A stretch of DNA of 63,415 nt from Candidatus Woesearchaeota archaeon (lineage in GTDB: Archaea > Nanobdellota > Nanobdellia > Woesearchaeales > UBA583). The stretch spans positions 1-63,415 of the forward strand of contig JAQICV010000041.1 in assembly GCA_027858315.1 (NCBI GenBank), read 5' to 3'. Of this stretch, positions 1 to 8,966 are shown piece after piece (position 1 is the stretch's first letter; every line of letters begins with the position of its first letter). Under the pieces are notes generated by a model, which was not told the origin of the DNA, made no database searches, and saw only the letters and a list, made by a program, of their open reading frames with translations. A program made the position numbers and the translations under genes.

Positions 1-221
1 ATCTTATTTAATTCTTGACGAAAAGAATTCTCGTGAGGAATTATTTGTTTTTGTACAAGTTTACGAATCATAATAATTAAAGAAATTTGAACTTTATAAA
101 TCTACTTCGGATAAAGCCTGATTACCAATCAAATTGTTCCGAATGAATGTAATCAATGGCTGAACTTATTATTCTTTGATTAAATAATAAAATATATAAA
201 CCTAAACTAATATTTTTTCTT

Positions 222-1613
222 ATGACTCAAGATATTATGATAGGATTGGAAGTCCACGCATATTTGAAAACAAAAGAAAAATTATTCTGTTCATGTAAAA
301 AATCTTCAAAAGAAGATGAAGTAAATACTAATATTTGTCCAAGATGTACTGGTCAGCCTGGTGCTAAACCTAAATTACCAAATAAAGAGGCATTATACAA
401 AACAATTAAATTAGGTCAAATCTTTGGCTCAAAAATTACTCTTAGAACAAATTTTCAAAGAAAACAATATACTTGGCCTGATATGCCTGTAGGTTATCAA
501 AGAACTGTTTCAGGAAACATAACTCCAACTGGAGTTGGTGGTGAATTTCAAGGTATTGGAATTGAAGAACTACATTTAGAAGAGGACCCAGCAGCATGGG
601 ACCCAGTAACTGGTGAGATTAATTATAATAGAGCTGGTTCTCCTCTGGCAGAAATTGTAACAAAACCTGAATTTACTTCAACAGACCAACTAAGAGAATG
701 GTTAAAAGAATTAATCCTTGTAGCTTCCTACATTGATGCAATAGATCCAAATTTTAATATAAAATCAGATGTTAATGTTTCAATTAAGGAATCTGGTTTC
801 AAAAGAGTTGAAATCAAAAATGTAAATTCATTCACAAACATTGTTGCATCAGCTGAAGCTGAGATTAAAAGACAAAGAGCTTTAGTTGCAAATGGTGAAA
901 GTATTGAAATGCAAACTAGAAGGTACAATGAAACTCTTGATGAAACTCAATTTATGCGTTCAAAAGAAAATGCTCAAGACTATATGTTTATTCCAGAACC
1001 AGACTTACCTAACTTAATTTTAACTCAAAAAGAAATTGATAAAATTAAAAAGGAAATTCCTGAACTTCCTGCTCAAAAGAGGGATAAATATTCAGGATTT
1101 GGTCTAAAACTTGAAGACATAGAAGTATTAGTTTCAAATAGATATTTAACTGAAATATTTGAACATGCTCTTAAAGAAAAACTAAACCCTAAAGAAGTAG
1201 GATTATTTTTAAGAAGGGAGATTATGAGAGTATTGAACTATAATAAAGCAACATTTAAAGATTTAGAAAGAAAAGATATTAAATCAGAAATTTCAAAGCT
1301 TCTAGAACTCTTATCTTCAGAAAAAATTTCATATACAACTGCTCAAAAATTAATTGAAAAATTGTATGCAGAAAAATTCAACATAGAAAAATTTGTTGAA
1401 GAAAATAATTTAATTCAAGTACAAGATGATTCATTAATAGAGGATTTACTAAAAAAAGCCCTAAGTGAAGCGCCAAAAGCGGTAGAAGATTATAAAGCAG
1501 GCAATACTAAATCTTTAAACTTTGTAGTTGGCATCGTAATGCGTGAGACAAAGGGAACTGCATCCCCTCAAAAAGTAAATCAAGTTTTAATGAAATTAGT
1601 AAAGAATTTATAA
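222..1613 (+). CDS. gatB: Asp-tRNA(Asn)/Glu-tRNA(Gln) amidotransferase subunit B
   Basis: IGLEVH, CPRCTGQPGA, LHLEED, YNRAGSPLAEIVT, RVEIKNVNS, RSKE..QDY.F.PEPDLP motifs; C-terminal YqeY-like tail. Confidence 0.96.
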   Translation: MTQDIMIGLEVHAYLKTKEKLFCSCKKSSKEDEVNTNICPRCTGQPGAKPKLPNKEALYKTIKLGQIFGSKITLRTNFQRKQYTWPDMPVGYQRTVSGNITPTGVGGEFQGIGIEELHLEEDPAAWDPVTGEINYNRAGSPLAEIVTKPEFTSTDQLREWLKELILVASYIDAIDPNFNIKSDVNVSIKESGFKRVEIKNVNSFTNIVASAEAEIKRQRALVANGESIEMQTRRYNETLDETQFMRSKENAQDYMFIPEPDLPNLILTQKEIDKIKKEIPELPAQKRDKYSGFGLKLEDIEVLVSNRYLTEIFEHALKEKLNPKEVGLFLRREIMRVLNYNKATFKDLERKDIKSEISKLLELLSSEKISYTTAQKLIEKLYAEKFNIEKFVEENNLIQVQDDSLIEDLLKKALSEAPKAVEDYKAGNTKSLNFVVGIVMRETKGTASPQKVNQVLMKLVKNL

Positions 1614-1669
1614 TTTTGTTGCTAGGCATAACAACTAATATTTATAAATGAAACTCTCAAATAAATATT

Positions 1670-2614
1670 ATGAGACTAAAAGACCATCTCGCATATAATT
1701 ATTATAAATATTCTTCCAGAGTTTTCAAAAGAAGTACACTTAAGTCTAAAATAAAAAAAGATTTAGTTTGGGGCTTCTTTTTGTCTTCTTTTTTAGGTTT
1801 TTTTGTATTTGTATCTCACAGTTTTATTATTGAGGCGCGTTCTATATGGGAGATTTTTATTGAGTCGTTAATTTATTTTTTTAATTTGATAATTATTTTG
1901 ATAGTTTTTGATTTTTATTTATATAATTCTATTAATAAAAATTTATTTGTTAGGTTTAAGAACATACAAGAAGAGATGAAAGAGATTATGAAAGGAAATT
2001 TATCTAAACGAATATCTAATGAAGGAGAAGATGAACTTGATGAGATGATTTACTTTACAAATGATTTATTAGATAAATTAGAACAACATATTGAAAATGA
2101 GAAAAAGTATTCATTAATTGATCCATTGACTAATTGTTATAATCGAAGAGCTTTAACTATAAATTCTGAATCTGTTTTGAGTTATTCTGATAGAGAGAAA
2201 AAGAACTTCACAATTGCAGTAATGGACTTAGACAATTTTAAAACAGTAAATGATACACATGGACATAAAGTAGGTGATGATGTATTGGTAACATTTAGCA
2301 AAGTTATTAAGGGAATTTTAAGGAAACATGATTCAGTATATAGGATAGGTGGAGAAGAATTCATGATATTACTCTCAGATATAAATGTCGCAGCTTCAAA
2401 AAAGATTTTGGAAAGATTAAGAAAGGATATTCCTTATCAAATTAAAAAACAAGTAGCTGAAATTAGTTGTAATGTTACATTTAGTTGTGGTTTTGTAAAT
2501 TCGAGGAAATATAATTTAAAGAATGAAGAAACAATTAATAAAATGATTGAGGATGCTGATGTTCTATCTTATAAAGCAAAAAAATCTGGAAAAGATAAAA
2601 TTGTATATCGTTAA
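1670..2614 (+). CDS. Membrane diguanylate cyclase (2 TM + HAMP + GGDEF domain)
   Basis: Two hydrophobic helices, HAMP-like segment (KGNLSKRI...DELDEM), DPLT..YNRR, DLDNFKTVNDTHGH.VGD, RKHD I-site, RIGGEEF, AD..Y.AK.SGKD. Confidence 0.93.
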   Translation: MRLKDHLAYNYYKYSSRVFKRSTLKSKIKKDLVWGFFLSSFLGFFVFVSHSFIIEARSIWEIFIESLIYFFNLIIILIVFDFYLYNSINKNLFVRFKNIQEEMKEIMKGNLSKRISNEGEDELDEMIYFTNDLLDKLEQHIENEKKYSLIDPLTNCYNRRALTINSESVLSYSDREKKNFTIAVMDLDNFKTVNDTHGHKVGDDVLVTFSKVIKGILRKHDSVYRIGGEEFMILLSDINVAASKKILERLRKDIPYQIKKQVAEISCNVTFSCGFVNSRKYNLKNEETINKMIEDADVLSYKAKKSGKDKIVYR

Positions 2615-2616
2615 AA

Positions 2617-2832
2617 ATGTATAGTGTGATAAAATGTTTTAATTGTAAAAAATTCCAATTGAGCAGTGCAAATAAAATATTTACTTGTATTTATTGCAAA
2701 AAATCAAAAGAAATTACTCGAATAAGGATATATTATCAATCTCAAACGCCAAAATTAGCTCAAGAGGTTTTAAAAAAAATTAAAGAAGAACTAGCAGGCG
2801 AAGATTCAGGATTCAAATCTGCTTTAGAATAG
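2617..2832 (+). CDS. Small zinc-ribbon protein (DUF1922-like)
   Basis: CxxC...CxxC in 71 aa; starts 2 nt after the GGDEF gene. Confidence 0.6.
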   Translation: MYSVIKCFNCKKFQLSSANKIFTCIYCKKSKEITRIRIYYQSQTPKLAQEVLKKIKEELAGEDSGFKSALE

Positions 2833-2866
2833 TAATATTTATAAAATATTTAATTTATTAATTCTT

Positions 2867-3232
2867 ATGGCTGAAAACAAAAAAAGTAAAAATTTTTACA
2901 AATTCACAACTTATGTATTACTAATTGTAATTGTAGTAGCTATTGCATTTTATTCATTTGGAGTTCATTCAACAACAAAATTTAATGAAGGAGTAATTTA
3001 TGGACAACAATTAACTAGTGATTATGCAGTTCAAACTCTAAATCAAAATGGATATCTTCCTTTAACTCTTGGAAATCAAACTATTGCTTTAGTACCTTCG
3101 CAAATGTTACAAGTTGCAAAAGAAGAAACAATTCTGGAGATTTTAACTTATGTTCAAGAAAATGGATATGTTTCTTTATTTATTAATGAAACTGAAGTGG
3201 TCTTGGTACCATACCAAACACCTCAACAATAA
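2867..3232 (+). CDS. Hypothetical membrane-anchored protein
   Basis: N-terminal TM helix; internal repeat (NGY...N.T...LVP twice); TATA upstream. Confidence 0.7.
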   Translation: MAENKKSKNFYKFTTYVLLIVIVVAIAFYSFGVHSTTKFNEGVIYGQQLTSDYAVQTLNQNGYLPLTLGNQTIALVPSQMLQVAKEETILEILTYVQENGYVSLFINETEVVLVPYQTPQQ

Positions 3233-3309
3233 TTAATAATTAATTTTTATTTATTTATTCCTTTGAATTCTCAATGGAATGACTATTATTATTGTTAAAT
3301 ATTAATTAT

Positions 3310-4062
3310 TTATTCTAAAAATAGTAATAAACTCATAATAAAAATTCCCAATATAAATGTAGTTATTTGTAAAATTGAACTTTTCAATTTGGATTCTTTA
3401 TGTAATTCAGGGATTAAATCTGAACCTGCTATATATATGAAATTTCCTGCAGCAACAGAGATTAAAAATTCTAGCGAACCATTTATTTTTGTTCCAATAA
3501 TTAATGCAATTATTAGCCCTAAAAATGCACTAAGTGAAGTAATAAAATTCATAGCAAGTGCTTTTTTTTGAGAAAATCCTCCATGAATCAAAACACCATA
3601 ATTTGCGATTTCTTGAGGAATCTCATGAAATATTACTGCAACTGTTGTAGCAATTCCTACAGGAATACTAACTAAATAACTAACCCCTATAATAATTCCA
3701 TCAATGAAGTTATGCATTGTATCACCAACTAAACTCATAATACTTAAAGGATGTACATGTTCTTTAGTAATTGGCATATGGCAATGTCTCCAATGAATTA
3801 TTTTTTCAAGAATTAATGAAATAATAATTCCGACCATTATATAAATTGAAATCTTCAATGTAAAACTTCCTGCTTCTTCTACTAATTCTGGCAGTAGATG
3901 TAAAAACACATCTCCAAATAAAGCTCCTGCAGAGAAACTTATCATATATATTAATGTCTTTTTTAATGTTTGAGTATTCATACCAAAAGTTAAAATTCCA
4001 ATTAATGAAAGAAAACTTACAATAAAAACGCTACCCAATGAATATAAAAATATATCAATCAT
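3310..4062 (-). CDS. ZIP family metal (Zn) transporter
   Basis: HLLPE, His-rich loop, HNFIDG and HEIPQE motifs, multiple TM helices. Confidence 0.93.
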   Translation of the reverse strand: MIDIFLYSLGSVFIVSFLSLIGILTFGMNTQTLKKTLIYMISFSAGALFGDVFLHLLPELVEEAGSFTLKISIYIMVGIIISLILEKIIHWRHCHMPITKEHVHPLSIMSLVGDTMHNFIDGIIIGVSYLVSIPVGIATTVAVIFHEIPQEIANYGVLIHGGFSQKKALAMNFITSLSAFLGLIIALIIGTKINGSLEFLISVAAGNFIYIAGSDLIPELHKESKLKSSILQITTFILGIFIMSLLLFLE

Positions 4063-4085
4063 AATTAATATGAGTTAATTTGTTT

Positions 4086-4667
4086 TTAAATAGTTATTCT
4101 TTTAGCATTAAATACTATATGAAATATTAAATTTATGACTATTGCAATCAAAATAATAAATATAAAACTATTAATAAAAAATTCGTAGGGAAACAAATAA
4201 TATGATAAATCATTAGGATTTAAAATCCATAACTCATTACTAAATAATAATGGGTGAAATATTTTGTCCCAGAAAAATATAAAAAAAGGAACAATTAAAA
4301 AACTAAGAATAAAGATTAGTGAATTAATAATTGGGTATTTCCCAATTTTTTTTCTATTAAACTTTATTATGAATATTATTAGGCTAACGATACTAAGTAG
4401 AAATAAAATGTCATAGATATTTCTAACTTCGCTAAAATGAACTTTTTCTTTATCATTCCAGTTTTCATTTAAGTCTTCTTTATGATAAAAATAATTAATT
4501 AAGTTTTTAGTTGAGTTCATTACAATTTCCTCACTAGTATAATTATATATTCTTTGTTTATCATAATTCAATTCATAAGAAGAACTAGAATATATTGTAT
4601 ATGTTAGTGGAACATATAAAGATAAATAAAAAAAGGATACAAACAATAGAAAGTTTTTTAATTTCAT
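4086..4667 (-). CDS. DUF1461/TIGR01906 family membrane protein (Lit-like)
   Basis: 4 TM helices; EKVHFSEVR and IFHPLLFSNELW resemble the two His motifs of Lit/DUF1461. Confidence 0.7.
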   Translation of the reverse strand: MKLKNFLLFVSFFYLSLYVPLTYTIYSSSSYELNYDKQRIYNYTSEEIVMNSTKNLINYFYHKEDLNENWNDKEKVHFSEVRNIYDILFLLSIVSLIIFIIKFNRKKIGKYPIINSLIFILSFLIVPFFIFFWDKIFHPLLFSNELWILNPNDLSYYLFPYEFFINSFIFIILIAIVINLIFHIVFNAKRITI

Positions 4668-4746
4668 TAAAATTTATAGTTCTTATGTCTTTATAATTCT
4701 TCCCGAAATGGAAAGTTTTATAAACCGATTGACATTAATATTAGTA

Positions 4747-4857
4747 GAAGGTTCATATAGCCTAGGGTCACACCTGTTCCCATCTCGAACACAGAAGTTA
4801 AGCCTGGTTAGCCTTGGTGAGTACTGTTATATAACGGAAAAACTTTGGTGGCCTTCA
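4747..4857 (+). rRNA. rrf: 5S rRNA
   Basis: CACCTGTTCCCATCTCGAACACAGAAGTTAAGCC core; terminal helix GAAGG/CCTTC; GAGTAC loop E; TATA at ~4717; T-tract after. Confidence 0.93.
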
Positions 4858-4991
4858 CTTTTTTAATTAGTCTTATTCTCTAACTTTGAAAATTTAAATT
4901 GTAGTTTTTACTATTATATTCTGTATCGTTCTAAATAGTATTTTAAAAGCGTGTTACAAAGATTTATAAAATATTTATTTGTAAAATTATT

Positions 4992-5834
4992 ATGTTTAGA
5001 AGTAAAAAAGGAATTACTGCCGTTGTAAGTATAGTTTTTTTAATGTTGTTATCAATTACTGCATATATTTACCTTCAAAATTGGTATTTCAATATTGATT
5101 CAAATATTCAAAATGATGTATATACTAAAGAGGTTTCACAAAATTTAGAAGTAAGAAAAATTGAAGGTTCTCTTCTTACAATAAAAAATGATTTTGGTGA
5201 TGATTTTAAAATTAATTCAATTAAAATTGATGGGGTTGAATGTAACACTCAAGATTATATTATTGATGAGGGTATTGCAACTATAGATATTGGATCTTGT
5301 ACAAAAGGTTTAAATGAAGTAATTCCTTATTCAGTATCATTATTTACTAATTATGGTATGATTAATTCTTATGAAACTGTTAGAAGTCCACTAATATCTG
5401 ATTTGATAGTATTATTTCAATTTGGTGCTTGTGATTTTATAAATGGTTATACAAGGTTGTATGGATTAACTGATTTAGAGAGTGCTCATGTAGATGTTGA
5501 TGGTTCTAGTACTTATAATGTATGCGTAAAACATGTCGATTATAATCTTACCGATTCTGGTTATGTAAATAATGTAAATTTATTTTATTTATATCCTGAT
5601 TCTAATTCTGCAATTTGGACTCAAACAGGTTCAAGATATAGTGGAGAACCACCATTTTGGTATAATGTGTCTTTATCTTCTGATAAAACTATAAGTTATA
5701 TAATTAATAGTTCAAGTATGGCTGCTCAAAATTATAGTTGTATTGGGAAAATAGACGAAGATAATATTTATGGATCTCACATGGGCGATTGTTCATCATC
5801 GCATCCAGATACTTTGTGGGTTAAATTAATTTAA
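4992..5834 (+). CDS. Type IV pilin/archaellin-like protein with extended Cys-containing C-terminal domain
   Basis: Class III signal peptide pattern KKG|ITAVVSIVFLMLL; several Cys pairs in the C-terminal half. Confidence 0.72.
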   Translation: MFRSKKGITAVVSIVFLMLLSITAYIYLQNWYFNIDSNIQNDVYTKEVSQNLEVRKIEGSLLTIKNDFGDDFKINSIKIDGVECNTQDYIIDEGIATIDIGSCTKGLNEVIPYSVSLFTNYGMINSYETVRSPLISDLIVLFQFGACDFINGYTRLYGLTDLESAHVDVDGSSTYNVCVKHVDYNLTDSGYVNNVNLFYLYPDSNSAIWTQTGSRYSGEPPFWYNVSLSSDKTISYIINSSSMAAQNYSCIGKIDEDNIYGSHMGDCSSSHPDTLWVKLI

Positions 5835-5870
5835 TTTTATAATATTTAGTATTTTTTTTGAAGAGTTATT

Positions 5871-5885
5871 TCTCCACTAGAAACC
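5871..5885 (+). promoter_or_regulatory. ORB-like Cdc6/Orc1 binding site
   Basis: TCTCCACTAGAAACC matches the TCCA-nnn-GAAAC mini-ORB core; lies between an AT-rich stretch and the cdc6 TATA box (5916-5923). Confidence 0.55.
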
Positions 5886-5947
5886 TGTGCATTTCCTTTG
5901 CCAGTTTTACAAACCTTTATATACCTTATGCACTCCTTGTATTTCTA

Positions 5948-7234
5948 ATGGAGAATCTACTAGAAACTAATCCTATTTCTGAAAATACTAAAGATGATAT
6001 TGATAACTTCTTTGACGAATTTATGTCATCAAAACCTATTTTTAAAGATAAATCTGTATTACAGTCAAGTTACAAGCCAGATCTAATTCCTCATAGGGAA
6101 GAATACATAAAAGATATTGCGAAAATTTTAGCACCAGCATTAAGAAAGGAAAAACCTTCAAATCTTTTCATATATGGTAAAACTGGAACTGGAAAATCTT
6201 TATGTATAAATCATGTTCTAAATAAAATGAGTAATGTGGCTTCATCAAGAGATATTCCTCTTCTGATAGTTACTATAAATTGTAAACTAAAGAAAGTAGC
6301 AGATACTGAATACAGAATTCTTCTTGAAATTATTAAACAATTAGGAAAGGAAATGCCATCTACAGGAATTTCTACAAATGATTTATACAAAGAACTATAC
6401 ATTTTATTAGACTCACAAAGAAGAACTGTTTTATTAGTCTTAGATGAGATAGACACTCTAATTCATAAAGTAGGTGATGAAATATTATACAACCTAACAA
6501 GAATTAATCCTGAACTTAAAAATTCTGAAATTTCAATACTTGGAATTACAAATGATCTAACAGTAATGGACACAGTAGATGCAAGAGTTAAAAGTTCTCT
6601 AAATGAAGAAGAATTAGTATTTTTACCATACAATGCTGTTCAGATTCAAGATATATTAAATGATAGGTCATTAATGGCATTTCAAGCAGGAGTTTTACAC
6701 GAAGAAGTTATTCCTAGATGCGCTGCATATGCTGCAAGAGAACATGGTGATGCAAGAAGAGCTCTCGAACTTTTAAGATTTGCAGCAGAAATTGCAGAAA
6801 GAGAAGGCTCTGAAAAAGTATTACCTGAACATATTGACAATGCAGATAAGCGTTCTGAGAGAAATAGAGTAATTGATGTAATCAAATCTCAACCAAAACA
6901 ATTTCAATTGGTAAACTATGCAATAATTAAAACATCTATGAAAGAAAAGCACAATCTTGTAACAAATAAAAAATCTATGTTTTTTGAACCATCAACAACT
7001 GGAGCAGTATATGATTATTATAATAAAATAGCAAAAGAATTAAGTGTGCCATCTTTAAGTTTAAGAAGGATTTCAGACATTATTGTTGAACTTGAAGTAC
7101 TAGGTTTGATTAATTTTAAAATCGTCTCAAAAGGAAGATATGGAAGAACAAGATTTATCTCTGTAGATTTACCTAAGAGTTTATATGATGATGTTTTAAC
7201 CATATTAAAAGAAGATTTAAACATTACAATTTAA
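5948..7234 (+). CDS. cdc6: Orc1/Cdc6 replication initiator
   Basis: Walker A GKTGTGKS, Walker B VLDEID, GDARRAL, C-terminal winged helix (GRYGRT); ATG at 5948 preferred to TTG 5858 because of TATA spacing. Confidence 0.96.
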   Translation: MENLLETNPISENTKDDIDNFFDEFMSSKPIFKDKSVLQSSYKPDLIPHREEYIKDIAKILAPALRKEKPSNLFIYGKTGTGKSLCINHVLNKMSNVASSRDIPLLIVTINCKLKKVADTEYRILLEIIKQLGKEMPSTGISTNDLYKELYILLDSQRRTVLLVLDEIDTLIHKVGDEILYNLTRINPELKNSEISILGITNDLTVMDTVDARVKSSLNEEELVFLPYNAVQIQDILNDRSLMAFQAGVLHEEVIPRCAAYAAREHGDARRALELLRFAAEIAEREGSEKVLPEHIDNADKRSERNRVIDVIKSQPKQFQLVNYAIIKTSMKEKHNLVTNKKSMFFEPSTTGAVYDYYNKIAKELSVPSLSLRRISDIIVELEVLGLINFKIVSKGRYGRTRFISVDLPKSLYDDVLTILKEDLNITI

Positions 7235-7310
7235 ACTATATTAAAAAATCTTTAAGATAAAGTTTTTAAAGCAAACAAGATTATTTTATATATATATTAA
7301 GTGATTTAAA

Positions 7311-7598
7311 ATGAAAAGAATTGGTGGAAGTAGAAGAAAATCAAGATATAAGATGAGTAAGTCTGTATCAGAAAAAGGAAAATTACACATTAAGAGATTT
7401 ATGCAAAAATATGAATCTGGTGATAAAGTCTTACTAAAAGCATACCCTTCATATCAAAAAGGTCTATTTTGTTTAAGATTTTATGGTAAAATTGGGGAAA
7501 TTTCAGGAGAACAAGGTGAATGTTATAAAGTAAACATTAAAGATGGTAACAAAGTAAAAATGTGTATTATTCACCCAGTTCATTTATTAAGAGCTTAA
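7311..7598 (+). CDS. rpl21e: 50S ribosomal protein eL21
   Basis: RFYGKIG, DGNKVK...HPVHL; conserved rpl21e-rpo4-DUF655 order. Confidence 0.95.
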   Translation: MKRIGGSRRKSRYKMSKSVSEKGKLHIKRFMQKYESGDKVLLKAYPSYQKGLFCLRFYGKIGEISGEQGECYKVNIKDGNKVKMCIIHPVHLLRA

Positions 7599-7600
7599 AA

Positions 7601-7948
7601 ATGTCAAATAATTATGATTTAATTACAATTGAAGCAATCTCTCAAGCAGATTCTGCAAAAATTATTGCAGACAAAGAGAAAAATCAAGAGCTAACTTATA
7701 GGGAAGAAAAAGTTAGAGAATATTTAAAGAAATTTCAAAAATTAGACCATGCTGAAACTAAAAAAGCTCAAGCTGAGTTATTAGCACTTGAAATTCCTAG
7801 ATTAGGTGAAGAGCATATTGTAAAAATTTTAGAATTAATGCCTGCTAATGGAACTGAATTAAGAGCAATAGTCTCTCATTCAGGAACTGTTTTAGTTGAT
7901 GAAAATATGACTAAAATAATTGAAGTTCTAAATAACTATAGAAAATAA
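7601..7948 (+). CDS. rpo4: RNA polymerase subunit Rpo4 (RpoF)
   Basis: ELTYRE...YLKKF, KILELMP....ELRAI; synteny; ATG at 7601. Confidence 0.9.
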   Translation: MSNNYDLITIEAISQADSAKIIADKEKNQELTYREEKVREYLKKFQKLDHAETKKAQAELLALEIPRLGEEHIVKILELMPANGTELRAIVSHSGTVLVDENMTKIIEVLNNYRK

Positions 7949-8031
7949 ATTTATAATTATTTCTTTAAAATAGTATAAACAAAGTTTATAAATTAACAAT
8001 AGTATAATTTTAATTAGGTTAAATAAGAAAA

Positions 8032-8601
8032 ATGGACAATAGATATAGAAGAGAGGAAAAAAAACCCCCAATCAAAGAAGAAAATGCAATTATTCTTGAT
8101 GTTATTGTAAATAGTTCTTCATTTAAAGATAATAATTTAGCTCAAGCAATAGGAGTTAATACTTACAACTTATTTGAATTAGTGCCAAAACAAGGAGTAG
8201 AATTAAGGGCTGGTCAAAAAGTATATGTTGGTGATGGTAAAAGAGATGAAATTCAATACATAAAAAGGGTACTATATTTTGATAAATTATCAGGTACTGC
8301 AAGCTCTGAGTTATTTTTCACAATTCAAGATATTGTTGATGAAAAAGAGGAAGAATTTGTAAATTTTTTCAATATGGCTGGTCCAATTTCTATTAGAAGA
8401 CATTCTTTAGAATTAATTCCTGGAATAGGTAAGAAACACCTTAAAGTTTTAATTGATGAAAGGTACATAAAACCATTTGAAAGTTTTAAAGACCTAACAG
8501 AAAGATGTCCTTTTTTAGCAGAACCTTCAAAATCAATTTCTCAAAGAATTTTAGAAGAAATAAAAGATGAAACTGATCACAAATTTTTCATGAAAAAATA
8601 A
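8032..8601 (+). CDS. DUF655 putative RNA-binding protein (HhH)
   Basis: FVNFFN.AGPIS.RRHSLELIPGIGKK, PFESFKD; synteny. Confidence 0.9.
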   Translation: MDNRYRREEKKPPIKEENAIILDVIVNSSSFKDNNLAQAIGVNTYNLFELVPKQGVELRAGQKVYVGDGKRDEIQYIKRVLYFDKLSGTASSELFFTIQDIVDEKEEEFVNFFNMAGPISIRRHSLELIPGIGKKHLKVLIDERYIKPFESFKDLTERCPFLAEPSKSISQRILEEIKDETDHKFFMKK

Positions 8602-8699
8602 TTGGGCTTGCTCAAGTATTTTGCCATAAAAATTTAATTTTTATACTAAAGTAATTTCTTCAATAAATACTTTTATTAATTCTAAAATCTATTAATACT

Positions 8700-8966
8700 A
8701 TGCACTCAAAATTATTTGGTTATAATCATGAAAGTATAGTCTTTAAAGAAAGAGAGATAAATTTCAAAATTACTTATTTTTCGAGAAAAGAGCACTCATT
8801 CATATTAATAGACTATAAATTAAATGGTTGGAAGAATTCTACTTATTTAGGTGCTGAAAACTATGATGAATCAATTTTAAAAACTTTTTTTGGAGATTTC
8901 AAAGAATCAGAAAAAAAAGGAATAATAAAACTAGAAGAATTATTAATAAAATATTCACTCAATTAG
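8700..8966 (+). CDS. Hypothetical protein
   Basis: 88-aa ORF with an upstream TATA-like box; no motif recognised. Confidence 0.5.
   Translation: MHSKLFGYNHESIVFKEREINFKITYFSRKEHSFILIDYKLNGWKNSTYLGAENYDESILKTFFGDFKESEKKGIIKLEELLIKYSLN

Noticed and set aside
1..221. Feature upstream of gatB
   Set aside because: Only a short open frame (2-73) at the window edge and no recognisable RNA structure; cannot be supported
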